Numbered from the stretch's first letter, positions 8,254 through 18,932 are shown. The stretch is DNA of 64,000 nt from a bacterium (GCA_035527515.1 DATLAJ010000146.1:65189-129188); one strand, 5' to 3'. Notes: a model not told the origin generated them from the sequence alone. A program made the numbers and translations.

Positions 8254-9546
8254 CTACTTCCTATCCTTTTTCAGCAAGGACCTTAAGCCCTTTATGGCAC
8301 AGTACTCACCGCACATTGTGCACACATCATCGACATGCGGCCGCGATGAGCCCCTGATCCTCTCGAACCGACTCGGGTCAAGCGACACCTTTTTTTGCCC
8401 CTCCCAGTCAAGCTTGCCCCTCGCCTCGGCCATTTTGCGGTCCCTGTCCATGGCGCCCGGAACGCCCTTCGCTATATCCGCTGCATGTGCCGCTATCTTG
8501 GTGGCTATGACGCCCGCGCGAACATCCTCAACCGTCGGCAAAGCCAGGTGCTCTGACGGCGTTACGTAGCAGAGATAGTCCGCGCCCGCAGCTGCCGCAA
8601 TCGCCCCGCCAATGGCGCAGGTTATGTGGTCCCAGCCGGCAGCGATGTCCGTAACAAGGGGGCCAAGCACGTAGAAGGGCGCACCATCGCACAGCTTCTT
8701 CTCGAGTATGACGTTCGCCTCAATCTCCGAGATGGGAATGTGGCCTGGGCCCTCGATCATGCACTGGACCTCGGCCTCGAGCGCTCGTTTATGCAGCTCT
8801 CCGATCCTTAGAAGCTCCGCTATCTGGCCGCGGTCCGTGGAGTCGGCCAGCGAGCCGGGCCTTAGGCCGTCGCCGAGACTCAAACAGACGTCGTATTTCT
8901 TGGCTATGGACAGCAGGCGGTCGAACTGCTCATACAAGGGGCTCTCCTGTTCGTTGAAGAGCATCCAGCTGGCCAGAAACGCCCCACCCCTGCTGACTAT
9001 GTCCGTCGAACGCCCCTGGTCTATCATCGTCTGAACGACGTCCAAAGTAACTCCGCAGTGAACGGTAATGAAATCAACGCCGTCCTGGCAGTGGGTCTCG
9101 ATCGCATCGAACATATCGTCCGGCGTCATGTGGACCACGCCCTCTCTCGAACGGGCAGCCAAGACCGCCGCATCATAGATGGGAACCGTGCCAACGATGA
9201 CGTCGCTCACTCGCAGCACCGCTTTCCTGACCGCGCGAAGATCGCCCCCTGTGCTCAGGTCCATCACTGTGTCAGCGCCCGCCTCAATAGCGACCCTGAC
9301 CTTCTGCACCTCTTGCTCGACGTCGATACGGTCCGTGGAGGTGCCGACGTTGGCGTTGACCTTGGTTGTCAGACCAGTGCCTATCCCGCACAACCTTCTG
9401 TGTTCGCGGGCTGTGTTGCACGGAATTACGATGTGGCCGGATGCGACACGGTCCCTTATCACCTCAGGGTCCAGGGTCTCCTCCCTAGCCACCTGGAGCA
9501 TCTCAGGGGTTGTGTGTCCCCTCCGCGCCTCAGTTATCTGCGTCAT
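8254..9546 (-). CDS. thiC: Phosphomethylpyrimidine synthase.
   Basis: 430 aa ending [19 protein letters not shown] (ThiC C-terminal Fe-S cysteine motif). Colinear with ThiC throughout. Confidence 0.9.
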   Translation of the reverse strand: MTQITEARRGHTTPEMLQVAREETLDPEVIRDRVASGHIVIPCNTAREHRRLCGIGTGLTTKVNANVGTSTDRIDVEQEVQKVRVAIEAGADTVMDLSTGGDLRAVRKAVLRVSDVIVGTVPIYDAAVLAARSREGVVHMTPDDMFDAIETHCQDGVDFITVHCGVTLDVVQTMIDQGRSTDIVSRGGAFLASWMLFNEQESPLYEQFDRLLSIAKKYDVCLSLGDGLRPGSLADSTDRGQIAELLRIGELHKRALEAEVQCMIEGPGHIPISEIEANVILEKKLCDGAPFYVLGPLVTDIAAGWDHITCAIGGAIAAAAGADYLCYVTPSEHLALPTVEDVRAGVIATKIAAHAADIAKGVPGAMDRDRKMAEARGKLDWEGQKKVSLDPSRFERIRGSSRPHVDDVCTMCGEYCAIKGLRSLLKKDRK

Positions 9547-9699
9547 CTTCTTGTTCAGATTCCTCTACCATATTATACCGCTAGGCCTCCCAAATACCCG
9601 CCCGAAAAACCGGCAAGCAAAACGCCTCGAGCAAAAAAGAAGGGCGAGGCACAATCACGAACCTCACCCTTCACTGAGTTAGCCTATGTCTAATTCATG

Positions 9700-12600
9700 T
9701 CATTTGTGAACTTGTGGCTGCACAAACGCCAAAGGATAACTCGTCCTGTTGGTAAGGTCTGTTATGGCACCATACAATAGGTATTGGCCCTCTTCCCAAA
9801 TGACCGTCCCTCGACCGTTTATCTTGGTCGCGCTCGAGAACAATATGTCCCTGGCGTCCATAAACCACATGCTGTTGGGCGCGATCTCGTGATCGGCTAT
9901 CCCGACGAGCTCGCCCATGTTATCGAACAAGTTGACGACAACGATGCCATTTTCATCGCCCTTGTTAGTGACCGAGACCCAGCTATCAACGCCATACTCA
10001 TCATTGATCGACCAATACGGGATGAACATCGACCGGCTGTGCCTCGACTCGAAGTTGATGGCGAACCCGGTGTTGAACGTATCACTCTGGATAACACCCC
10101 AGACGTTCAAGAGTGGATTGGCGGCGCCTATGGAGATAGTGCCACTGCCGATGCCTTGCATGACGGGTGTCTCGCTCAGCTTGAGCATCCCCGAACTGTA
10201 CAGACCTCCAAGCTGTGTCTGGATAGCACCCACAACGTTGCCGTTGAGGTCAAACAAACTCACAATTGCGGGGCCTGCGCTCTCCGTCAGGTTAGTCACT
10301 ACCAGCCACGTATCCAGCTGCTGGGAGGCTCCGGTCACATTGATGGTGAAGTGCGTGCCCTCCGGCAGCTGCACTATCATCTCGCCGTCCGAGAACATGA
10401 AATAGAACCTATGCACGCCCGCCGTAAGGAACGTCTGGTATGAGTAACGACCATCATAAGGTTGGCCCTCCTCAAGAGTCATCCCTCGGTTGTCGTCATC
10501 GATCACGACCAGCGCGAAGAGCGGCAAATCACCGTCCTCATCGTAATAGTCAATCGAGAACGTTACGGCGTCCAGAGTCGTTGGCGCCTCGGGCGAGATC
10601 GCAAAGCCGCTCAACACTGGCGGCGCCTTGTCCGCGGATTTGGTCTCGGCGGTCCAAGACCGCGCCCCCACAGCCAAGGAGCCAGAGCTCAGGGCGGACC
10701 CATTGTGCGCAGCCTCCCGAATCGCATCAAGGTCAACGGGCTTCCCTTTCTTGCCCGAGAGCGAGCCCACAACGAGACGAGAGACGTTGTCGCCCAGGCC
10801 GTCTGAGAACCGGGGCATCTCCAGATTAATCTTAGCGAGCCCGCTGCGCCCGGAGCCACCAGACTGCAAGGCCCAATATGGCAAGTCTGCTGACAACGAA
10901 AATGGCTGATTGAAGCTTACCTCAAAAGCCTTGCTAGTATCCTCCGACATGATCATACCCCAAAGCGCTAGTATCCCGCGTTCCCAAATCAGAACGGCAG
11001 AGCCAGCCGACTCGGCATCATTGATGACGTCGCTGAGCCAGAGCGGACGGAGCACTCTAGGCTGTATGGTGAACGTCGTCGCACCGACCGAGTTGCCGTC
11101 GAAATCGTAGAAATCGACGTGAAGGTCAACAGAAGTCCCGCCGATGTTGCTTATGGCGAGCAACGTGTCTATCGTGGAATCGCTCGAAACCTGCCAGTAA
11201 GGCAGATAGGAGCTCCTGATCTGCGGGTCCTTGAGCGTCATGGAGACGGCCTGCGACTCGGCATTCTTTGTCATCGCCCACACCGCTATCGAGCCACGGT
11301 CCCAAGTAACCTTCGCACACCCAAAGTGCGACAACTGATCATCAAAACGCTCCGAAAGGTCAACCTTGACCTGCTCGCCCGGCGCTATCGTATGCGATAT
11401 CGTGTCAATCTCCATACCCAGCAGCCCAGCATAAAGATGCACAACCACGTCCACCGACGACGAGAGCTGACTGGTTCCCGCATTACCAATCACAAGAGTC
11501 GTGTCCTGCCCCGTCGAATTCCTAACCTGCCAATACGGGATGTAAATCCCCGGCTCAACGATCGCCGGACCGCTTATCGACTCACTCGCGTCCTCGGGGA
11601 ACCTTGTCGATGAGCCATCGTCATCAGTTGCCTCAAAATAGAAGGAGTGGTCATCACCCAGCCCGATCTGGGTCCCGCTTATCGTTCGTGCGTAAAGCCC
11701 ATCGGTAATGATGCCCTCCTCCAGAATTAGATCGTACCGCGTCCCATCCAGCACGAGCGCCACCTCACTCGGCCTGACGCCATCGGGGTCAGCGAAGTGC
11801 ACAGAGAAGACGAAGTCAACATCACTGTCGCCCGAAATCGGCGAGACATGGCCAACCAAAAGCGTTGGGATCGCATTGACCTGAGGACCATGGAACGGCT
11901 CCAGAGGAGGCGCAGGAAGCATTGTAGCCCCGCTCGCGGTGTCCTCGAAACCAAAGTAATAGATGTGCGAACCATATCCCATCAGCTCGCCCGCCATCGT
12001 GTATCGGTAAGTGCCGTCCGAATCAAAATCGCTGTAGAGCGACATCTGGTGAGGCACACCGTCAATGACGACGTTTGCTCTCGCTGGCGGCTGGTCATCG
12101 ATGTCCTTGTAATGGACAGAATAGGTGTAATCGTCGGAGGTGTCCCCGCCTTCGGGCGTTACCGTTCCGTCCGCAAGGACAGGTGAGTTGTTGACGGTCA
12201 GGTCACTCAGCTCACCAACCACTGGGCCTTTGACCCATTCATTGACGGAGTACTCGAACTCGAAGTGGTATGTATGGTCGCCGACGCCCAGCTCCGCACC
12301 AGTCGTAGTATAGGTATAGGTGCCATTGAACGGCGTCTGGCCCTCGCCGGTAGGCTCAGAAAGCGCATGGGCCTTCCCGTCGATATAGACGACCGCCGAG
12401 ACCGGCGGATCATCGTCAGGGTCAGAGAAATCAACCGATAATACAAACTCCTGGCTGAAGTCGCCATACACCGGATCGACTCCCGGATTAGTCAGGTCCG
12501 GCTTGTTGTCAATGATCGGGCCCGAAAACTGGCCTTCAGGCGCAGCTGCCGGCAGCAATACGGGAGTGTTACCTACCCAATTGCCATCTGTGAACTCGAA

Positions 12601-15600
12601 ATAATAGGTGTGCTCGCCCTTGGACAGCGTGAAATCCGTATAGTACTCGTATCCACCATTCGAGGGAACGCCAACTCCGGTGAACATCATATCGTGAGCC
12701 TCGTCGTCGATATAGACACTCGCGTCCAGCGGCTCATCGCCATCCGCGTCGAAGAAGTGCACGCCGAAGCGGAACGACTGGTCGCTGCCACCGATCGAAG
12801 GCGAGACTGAAGGATCGGTCAACACGGGCGGAGTGTTGAAGCTCCTGTTGGCTATCCTGTAGATGTTGCCATCCCAACAGCCGAAGAACAGCTGACCCTC
12901 ATCATACTGACTGGTTCCGTATCCCTCGCTGCCAACGCTGCCAAGCGGCGCTATCGACACGCCAGATATCCAAACCTGGCTTCCGACGTTCTCCCACCAG
13001 GCTAACTCGCCCTCTTTGCGCGCAACGAAATCAGGATCGGTAGGCGCCCGGACTGCGTAAAGCTTCGCATCGCTCGCCCCAAAATAGACTACGCCCGCAG
13101 AGTCCACGGTAATGGAACCAAATATCGAGCCGCCTGGCACGAACGACCATCCAAGCTCTCCAGTATCCTTGTCAATCGCATAAAGCGCATCTGACGCGAG
13201 ATATACATAGTGGCCGTCAATCGCCGGCGAAGAGTACTGCACGGGAGCGCCCGTGTCGTACTTCCATACCATCATCGGCTCAAAGCCAGCGACAGTGAAG
13301 TCATAATCAAGCCGATAGAGGCAGTGATCGAACGACCCGATATAGACAGTATCCACGTTGCCATTGGTCTCCACTGAAGGCGAGCTGTTGACCATGCCGC
13401 CCGTCTCATACGTCCAGACCAACAGACCACCCGAGTTGACGGCATAAACGTAGTTATCGTAGGACCCGAAATAGACAGTGGAATCTGTCCCCTCCGCCGC
13501 ACTGCACTGCACCGCGCCACGCGTCGGGAGGTTGTAGGACCACTTCAACGTGCCATCCCGGCCCTTGATGGAGTAGAAGGTGCCAGAATAAGAGCCTATA
13601 TAGACGTCGCCGTTGACGCCGACACAAGGGGAACTGTCCGCGATATCGGCAGCGCTGAATATCCACCTCAGCTCGCCTGTCCACGTGTCCAGCGCAAAGA
13701 CTGTCCCCGACCTCGAGGCGACAATGATGCTGCCCTCTTGCCCAAGAGCCGGCGTGCAATCCACGTAGTCGCCTGTGTCGTATTGCCACAACACGTGCGA
13801 AAAATCGCTTGCTATGGCATACACCCTGCCATCGCGCGACCCAGCGAAGATGGTCGATTCGGACCCTCCAATCACCGGGGTGCCCTTGACGGGCTCGCCT
13901 ATGTTAAGCGTATCCATAACCGGCATCGTCGGCCCAAACGCCTCGTTCTCGAGCGAGTTATTGTCCTGATACCGGTTGAAAGAAGGCCACTTGGCGATTG
14001 TCGGCCCTACATATTGAAACTCTGGGGCGGTCGCCCTTGCGATCGACGGCGGCGGATTCCTCTCAACATCAGCGTTGCCGGGGTCCGAAGTCAACACGCC
14101 GCGGCTCCTAGGCTCGTTGTAGAACGGCATCTGGCCCTCGTAGTAGAAGTCAAACCAGAACGAGTGCTCCCCATAGTCCAGATACACCGTCTCGTAGGTG
14201 TAGAGCCCATCGAACTGCGAACCGTTCCCAGGCAGAAGCTCCATGTCATACTGAACATCATCGATGTACATGTGGGCATTCAGCGAGCCTACATCACCGG
14301 TATTGATGCCGGACGAGCGCCTCTTCGGGTCGAAGAAGCGGATGCTGTAAGTGTAAGCTCCCGGCGGCCCGACCGCTGGTGTTACCTTCCCATTACGCAG
14401 AAGCAGTGTAAACAGCTGACCGTATTCGGGCAGCCTCGTTGTGCAAGGCTCCACCTCATCCCTCGGCCAATCCGGATGAACGGCGGTCGGGGCGTCCGTG
14501 AACTCGAAATGGAAGCTCGGCGTGTCGTTCGTCGTGGTCATGTGGAACGAATACCTATCCTCCCAAGGCACTGAGGAGTTACCTATCACGGAGTCTCCAC
14601 CCATCGTATATGCTATGTTGTCAAGATAGACCTCTCGAGCCCGGGGTGAATCCTCGTCAGAGTCGTAATACCAAACCCAAAGGTCAACAACGCTCTTCTT
14701 AGGCCTAGATATCGTCCCGTCAAACGTAACATCCGTCTTGACAAAATATAGCTCGGGACACATATTCGGCCCCCCATAGACCTCCGAGACGATCGGCGAG
14801 TTCGCACCAAAGCCATCCTCGGTCTCGAAGAAGTAGTTGAAGCAGCCATTCTGGTTGTAATAAATGTATTCCCGGAGTGACGGGGCCGCGACCGAACCGT
14901 CAGAAATATACTCGTATGTCCCCAGCCGGCGATCGTCGTCGCCAGTGTCGAGCTGATAAATCATCCCCTCCCACAAGCCATAAGGTGGACCGACGAGACT
15001 CGTCGGGCGCGCGGCGCGGTTAGGATTGTCTGGGTCGATGTGATACGGCGGGTATTGTTGGAAGGGGTCCTCCAGAAACCTCCAGAATGTATGGAACCCA
15101 TCAACGTACAGGATTATGGGATTCTCCGGATGCGGGACTTCATCGTCATAAACACCCACTGAACCGCAATCCGGGTCGAAATAATCCACGTCATACGTAA
15201 ACACCGTCGGCAGCCGGGCCATCCGGTTCTCCTCGGTGTAGCCGACCTTTGGATCCACATCCGCAAACCTGAACCGGCCCACAACGTTTTCCTTTATCTT
15301 CATCACCCAGCCAGTGCCGTAAAGATCGCCACTGACTTCGTCCTCGTTGCGGCCATCGCCACGGATGTAAATGTATCCGCCGGAGATTATGGGCGAACAG
15401 GCTATAGTCATATAGCGGTGGGGATAGACCTGCTCGTGAAACGGCACTTTCTCAAGGCCCCGGTGATTCTCCTCACTGTCCGTGTGGTATTCAAAAACGA
15501 CATCACCGGCCAGATAGCCCATCAAATCGTTGTTCGTCGAGGTGACAACCTCAAGCCAGCCATCGCTCGTCATCATCCAGATCAGGCCGTTGCCGTCCAT

Positions 15601-17184
15601 AGCCGGAGATGGAGCCACCTCGTAGCTTCCGTCAGGCGTGAAATTCCATTCCCCCGGCGGCTGATCGGCGGAGCAAGAGGTTTCCCACAGCCCCATACCC
15701 TCCGTGGCGCCGAAGTAGTTCGTGGCAACATCCATGCCCGTCATGATATCGACACCGTGCAACGAGTGATCGCTTTGGACATAAATAGCATTACCTGCAA
15801 GAATCGGCGTCGAGGCTGTCGGCCCGCCCAGATCGTATGACCACCTGAGCGCTGATGTGTACTTACGAGGGAACGCCCCCACAGCTATCCCAGGAGGTGG
15901 GATATCCGGGCCCATTATGTACTCGTCATTGTTGTCCTGCCACATTGGCGCTGGGGGATCATCTGCGCTCCAACCTAGAAATTCCCAGTCGTGCTCCGCA
16001 TACCACGAATCCTCGAGACACAGAAGAGTCCCGGCCGGATCGCAAATATAAATTGTGGACGTCGTCACGCCAACGTTGTTGTACATAACCGGCGGCGGTG
16101 TTCCCGCTGGAGCGTCTGGGGGCGGCGTGCCCTCAACACGGTCCTTCTGGAAATTCCACATTCTCGGCACGATCACGGGCGAACTGACCAGCGGCGAGCC
16201 TGCACTGCTTACCTCGTATGACCACTTCAAGTTAACTGGCGCCGGATCGCCTAGCGGGGGTGGCGGAGGCGGAAATAATATCGGAGGCGGAGACCACGTC
16301 GTGGCAGCAATCGTGTGCATCGCATAGAGGTTGCCATCGGCGCCCGGTGCGTAAATCGTCCTGGGTTGTCCCAAGCCCATCCAGTATGTACCCCCTCCAG
16401 CCGCTTGCCCAGGTGTGTAATCCCAATATGTGTATTGGCTACTGCAAAGAGCCGGCGAGGCACATACATCAGCTCCCAACGGTGTCTGTGGGTCCATGCC
16501 ATACAACCAAACAAGAGATCCCTCATCAAAGTCGCCAAAGGCATGAATAGAGAATCCATAACCGACCGAACTGCCGGCCGAGTTCCCAAAAACGTAAATG
16601 CGCTGGTCGTTCGTATCTATCATGATGTCCGAGGCGTCACTTCCGCCACCCAAGAATGGCGTGGAGAACAGGAGCAGAGCATTACCCATGTTGTCCGGGT
16701 CTCCATTCGGATCGTAGCAGTCGAGCGCAAGGCCACCCGTCCCCCTGCCTGCGAAATAGAACCTGGTCTCGTCCGGACTAAGCGCGCCGGTGTTCCAGGT
16801 GCCGTTCGGATAAGCCCCCATCAGACTCTGCCAAAGCAACTCAGGAAGCGTGCACCCCTCTTCGTCAGGAAGGCCCTCGTTAATACAGTAAAGCGCAGTT
16901 ATGGTACCCATCGCGCCATCTATCGTTCCTAGACAGTAGATCCTGCCGTTCGAATCAATAATGTGGTTGGACCTGCTGTATCCGGCCTCGTAGCTCCAGT
17001 GAATGGTTAGATTCTGACTAGAGAGGGGAGGGCCCTCCTCAAAAGTCCCTCGCTTGTTCTCATAATCAAAATGAAGCGTGGGCCACGCTCCCCCGGTGAT
17101 CCCCTGACCAAAAGCAGAAGACGCCACAAAGGCAAAACAAGCCATCGCCAGCAAAAGCAAACTGGTCGTAGAAGCTCTTTTCAT
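9700..17184 (-). CDS. Giant secreted multidomain surface protein (2494 aa) with PQQ-like β-propeller repeats, at least 8 tandem ~75-aa Ig-like repeats, a proline-rich linker and C-terminal PYW repeats.
   Basis: Signal peptide MKRASTTSLLLLAMACFAFVASSAFG. PQQ-type blades (VYIGSYSGTFYSIKGRDGTLKWSY, TVYFGSYDNYVYAVNSGGLLVWTY, YVYLASDALYAIDKDTGELGWSF...). Repeats of the form [YF]x[FY]xVx[FY]xDxDGDxP..V[VY]IDG..H.M....G.Y.Y...L..G.H.Y.F.F.D, for example YTYSVHYKDIDDQPPARANVVIDGVPHQMS...GSHIYYFGFEDTASG. PPPILFPPPPPPLGDPAP linker. Five C-terminal repeats beginning LPYWQV / LPYWAL / IPYWSI. Confidence 0.8.
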   Translation of the reverse strand: MKRASTTSLLLLAMACFAFVASSAFGQGITGGAWPTLHFDYENKRGTFEEGPPLSSQNLTIHWSYEAGYSRSNHIIDSNGRIYCLGTIDGAMGTITALYCINEGLPDEEGCTLPELLWQSLMGAYPNGTWNTGALSPDETRFYFAGRGTGGLALDCYDPNGDPDNMGNALLLFSTPFLGGGSDASDIMIDTNDQRIYVFGNSAGSSVGYGFSIHAFGDFDEGSLVWLYGMDPQTPLGADVCASPALCSSQYTYWDYTPGQAAGGGTYWMGLGQPRTIYAPGADGNLYAMHTIAATTWSPPPILFPPPPPPLGDPAPVNLKWSYEVSSAGSPLVSSPVIVPRMWNFQKDRVEGTPPPDAPAGTPPPVMYNNVGVTTSTIYICDPAGTLLCLEDSWYAEHDWEFLGWSADDPPAPMWQDNNDEYIMGPDIPPPGIAVGAFPRKYTSALRWSYDLGGPTASTPILAGNAIYVQSDHSLHGVDIMTGMDVATNYFGATEGMGLWETSCSADQPPGEWNFTPDGSYEVAPSPAMDGNGLIWMMTSDGWLEVVTSTNNDLMGYLAGDVVFEYHTDSEENHRGLEKVPFHEQVYPHRYMTIACSPIISGGYIYIRGDGRNEDEVSGDLYGTGWVMKIKENVVGRFRFADVDPKVGYTEENRMARLPTVFTYDVDYFDPDCGSVGVYDDEVPHPENPIILYVDGFHTFWRFLEDPFQQYPPYHIDPDNPNRAARPTSLVGPPYGLWEGMIYQLDTGDDDRRLGTYEYISDGSVAAPSLREYIYYNQNGCFNYFFETEDGFGANSPIVSEVYGGPNMCPELYFVKTDVTFDGTISRPKKSVVDLWVWYYDSDEDSPRAREVYLDNIAYTMGGDSVIGNSSVPWEDRYSFHMTTTNDTPSFHFEFTDAPTAVHPDWPRDEVEPCTTRLPEYGQLFTLLLRNGKVTPAVGPPGAYTYSIRFFDPKRRSSGINTGDVGSLNAHMYIDDVQYDMELLPGNGSQFDGLYTYETVYLDYGEHSFWFDFYYEGQMPFYNEPRSRGVLTSDPGNADVERNPPPSIARATAPEFQYVGPTIAKWPSFNRYQDNNSLENEAFGPTMPVMDTLNIGEPVKGTPVIGGSESTIFAGSRDGRVYAIASDFSHVLWQYDTGDYVDCTPALGQEGSIIVASRSGTVFALDTWTGELRWIFSAADIADSSPCVGVNGDVYIGSYSGTFYSIKGRDGTLKWSYNLPTRGAVQCSAAEGTDSTVYFGSYDNYVYAVNSGGLLVWTYETGGMVNSSPSVETNGNVDTVYIGSFDHCLYRLDYDFTVAGFEPMMVWKYDTGAPVQYSSPAIDGHYVYLASDALYAIDKDTGELGWSFVPGGSIFGSITVDSAGVVYFGASDAKLYAVRAPTDPDFVARKEGELAWWENVGSQVWISGVSIAPLGSVGSEGYGTSQYDEGQLFFGCWDGNIYRIANRSFNTPPVLTDPSVSPSIGGSDQSFRFGVHFFDADGDEPLDASVYIDDEAHDMMFTGVGVPSNGGYEYYTDFTLSKGEHTYYFEFTDGNWVGNTPVLLPAAAPEGQFSGPIIDNKPDLTNPGVDPVYGDFSQEFVLSVDFSDPDDDPPVSAVVYIDGKAHALSEPTGEGQTPFNGTYTYTTTGAELGVGDHTYHFEFEYSVNEWVKGPVVGELSDLTVNNSPVLADGTVTPEGGDTSDDYTYSVHYKDIDDQPPARANVVIDGVPHQMSLYSDFDSDGTYRYTMAGELMGYGSHIYYFGFEDTASGATMLPAPPLEPFHGPQVNAIPTLLVGHVSPISGDSDVDFVFSVHFADPDGVRPSEVALVLDGTRYDLILEEGIITDGLYARTISGTQIGLGDDHSFYFEATDDDGSSTRFPEDASESISGPAIVEPGIYIPYWQVRNSTGQDTTLVIGNAGTSQLSSSVDVVVHLYAGLLGMEIDTISHTIAPGEQVKVDLSERFDDQLSHFGCAKVTWDRGSIAVWAMTKNAESQAVSMTLKDPQIRSSYLPYWQVSSDSTIDTLLAISNIGGTSVDLHVDFYDFDGNSVGATTFTIQPRVLRPLWLSDVINDAESAGSAVLIWERGILALWGMIMSEDTSKAFEVSFNQPFSLSADLPYWALQSGGSGRSGLAKINLEMPRFSDGLGDNVSRLVVGSLSGKKGKPVDLDAIREAAHNGSALSSGSLAVGARSWTAETKSADKAPPVLSGFAISPEAPTTLDAVTFSIDYYDEDGDLPLFALVVIDDDNRGMTLEEGQPYDGRYSYQTFLTAGVHRFYFMFSDGEMIVQLPEGTHFTINVTGASQQLDTWLVVTNLTESAGPAIVSLFDLNGNVVGAIQTQLGGLYSSGMLKLSETPVMQGIGSGTISIGAANPLLNVWGVIQSDTFNTGFAINFESRHSRSMFIPYWSINDEYGVDSWVSVTNKGDENGIVVVNLFDNMGELVGIADHEIAPNSMWFMDARDILFSSATKINGRGTVIWEEGQYLLYGAITDLTNRTSYPLAFVQPQVHK

Positions 17185-17325
17185 AATCCCTCCTCAGATT
17201 CTCTGATCGACTATCGCAAACCCAGGAATGAATATATCCCCAAAAATGCACTGTCCATCAGCAAGTTGCTACGCAACTGCCGAAAAAACCTAACAAATCT
17301 CCTCTATCAACAACAAGCACACCTC

Positions 17326-17354
17326 TTGTGCTTATATTCTCTTGCACTCATAAT
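17326..17354 (+). promoter_or_regulatory. Candidate sigma70-type promoter (TTGTGC-17 bp-CATAAT) upstream of the methylthiotransferase gene.
   Basis: TTGTGC at 17326-17331, 17-nt spacer, CATAAT at 17349-17354. It sits only about 14 nt before the chosen ATG, so it is either a leaderless-type arrangement or coincidence. Confidence 0.2.
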
Positions 17355-17367
17355 ATCCTGCATTACT

Positions 17368-18783
17368 ATGACCAAAGTCAAGGCTTATCGTGTCGACGCG
17401 GGAATCGTCCCGATCAAACTTATTTCGCGCACCAAGAGACCGACATTGGACAACAAAACATACTCGATTATCACATTCGGCTGTCAGATGAACAAGCTCG
17501 ACAGCGAGGTCGCGGCCGGCCATCTCCAGGCCGCTGGACTCACCCCAGCACAAACGGTCGAATCCGCCGATCTACTGCTCGTGAATTCATGCTCAGTAAG
17601 GGCAAAGGCACAGGACAGAGCCACCACCACTCTCCACAGCCTTCCCCAGACCAAAAACGCGACTCGCTCAACTAGGCTGGTCGGCATCATGGGCTGCGTC
17701 GCTCAACAGATGAAGGAGAAACTCCTCGATGCCCCGTTCAACGCTGATTTCGTTATTGGCGCACGTGCCCTGCCCCGACTCCCAGAGATCATCGACAGAC
17801 TGCTCGCCGGTGAGCGCAAGATCGTCGCATCTGAGTCGGAGCGGCCGGATTGCGATTACGACCCCGCCGTCATCCACCGAACAGGCAAGCGCAGCGCCTA
17901 CGTTGCGGTATCGAGAGGATGCAGCAACCTCTGCACCTACTGCATTGTCCCATACGTCAGGGGACCAATCTGGCACCGAAACCCAGAAAACATCATCAAC
18001 GAAGTTAGCCAGCTCGTGCAATCAGGCTATCTCGATCTCTGCCTGCTCGGCCAAAACGTCAACAACTATTCGCATGGCCGCTGGCACTTCACGCAGCTGC
18101 TCGAGCGCCTCGCCCAGACCGACCGCCTGAGGCGCCTTCGGTTCATCACAACGCATCCAAAGGACCTGAGCATCGAGACGGTTAAGTTGATGGCTCATCC
18201 GCCGCTTGTCCCCTACATCTCGATGCCGCTTCAATCCGGCTCTGACCGCATATTGCGCCTCATGAACCGGGGCTACACGAGGACAGAATACCTCGAGAAG
18301 GTCGCCTGGCTGCGAGAGCATATTGATGGCTCGTTCATCTCGACCGACATCATGGTCGGATTCCCAGGCGAAAGCGAGGCCGATTTCGAGGACACACTTG
18401 AGGTAGTGCGCCTCGCCAAGTTCGACAACATCTATAGCTTCATCTACTCACCACGGCCATTTACGAAGGCCGCCAGTCTCAAGAACGAGGTCCCGAGAGA
18501 CGTTGTCAAACAACGCTTCAAAAGACTGCTAGCGCTGGAGCGCCAAAACAACATCGATAGCCTGCACCGCTTCGTCGGGAGCACTCTAGAAGTATTGGTG
18601 GACGGTGCCAGCAGGAAGGACCGAGCCGTCGCCTGCGGGCGTTGCCCTCAGAACGTCGTTGTCAATCTTCCACACGACAGCTGCGAGGTCGGCGAGCTCG
18701 TGCTGGCCACGATAACCACGGCCGGCATACACAGCCTGGTCGGAAAGGTAACGAGGCGCTTGGTGCCCGCAGCCAAGTCCTAG
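17368..18783 (+). CDS. miaB: MiaB-family tRNA methylthiotransferase (radical SAM, MTTase N-domain plus TRAM).
   Basis: YSIITFGCQMNKLDSE...LLLVNSCSVRAKAQD (MTTase domain). AYVAVSRGCSNLCTYCIVPYVRG (CxxxCxxC radical SAM). C-terminal TRAM (VGSTLEVLVDGASRKD...). The track ORF starts at 17071 with an arginine/lysine-rich extension. An internal ATG at 17368 was chosen. Confidence 0.8.
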   Translation: MTKVKAYRVDAGIVPIKLISRTKRPTLDNKTYSIITFGCQMNKLDSEVAAGHLQAAGLTPAQTVESADLLLVNSCSVRAKAQDRATTTLHSLPQTKNATRSTRLVGIMGCVAQQMKEKLLDAPFNADFVIGARALPRLPEIIDRLLAGERKIVASESERPDCDYDPAVIHRTGKRSAYVAVSRGCSNLCTYCIVPYVRGPIWHRNPENIINEVSQLVQSGYLDLCLLGQNVNNYSHGRWHFTQLLERLAQTDRLRRLRFITTHPKDLSIETVKLMAHPPLVPYISMPLQSGSDRILRLMNRGYTRTEYLEKVAWLREHIDGSFISTDIMVGFPGESEADFEDTLEVVRLAKFDNIYSFIYSPRPFTKAASLKNEVPRDVVKQRFKRLLALERQNNIDSLHRFVGSTLEVLVDGASRKDRAVACGRCPQNVVVNLPHDSCEVGELVLATITTAGIHSLVGKVTRRLVPAAKS

Positions 18784-18932
18784 CGGCGGAGTGCCCACGG
18801 CACTCGACCCAGTGTCTGGGCACCCGTAGCTTCTTTTACCTCCGGGCGCAGCTCGTCGGCTCGCACGTGCCGAGCTCGCCTCAACTGACCACGCCCAGGG
18901 TAATGGTCTGGCCTTGCCACTGCGATTCTCCC

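Noticed and set aside
9547-9699. Expected TPP riboswitch upstream of thiC.
   Set aside because: The conserved GGGGUGCC / CUGAGA / ACCUGAUCUGG core elements are not present. Only a weak resemblance in the 3' part. Left as a question, not called.
9784-17000. Numerous 60-280 aa ORFs within the giant gene, e.g. 13738..14574(+), 9784..10443(+), 11119..11613(+), 16315..16932(+).
   Set aside because: Antisense or alternate frames of a continuous 7.5 kb ORF with signal peptide and coherent repeat structure. Their translations are Arg/His/Pro-rich noise.
17071-17367. N-terminal extension of the MiaB-family ORF (start 17071), the 115-aa ORF 17328..17675 and several minus-strand ORFs in 17332-18321.
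   Set aside because: The extension is Arg/Lys/His-rich, and it overlaps the divergent promoter region of the giant gene. MTTase homology begins just after the ATG at 17368.
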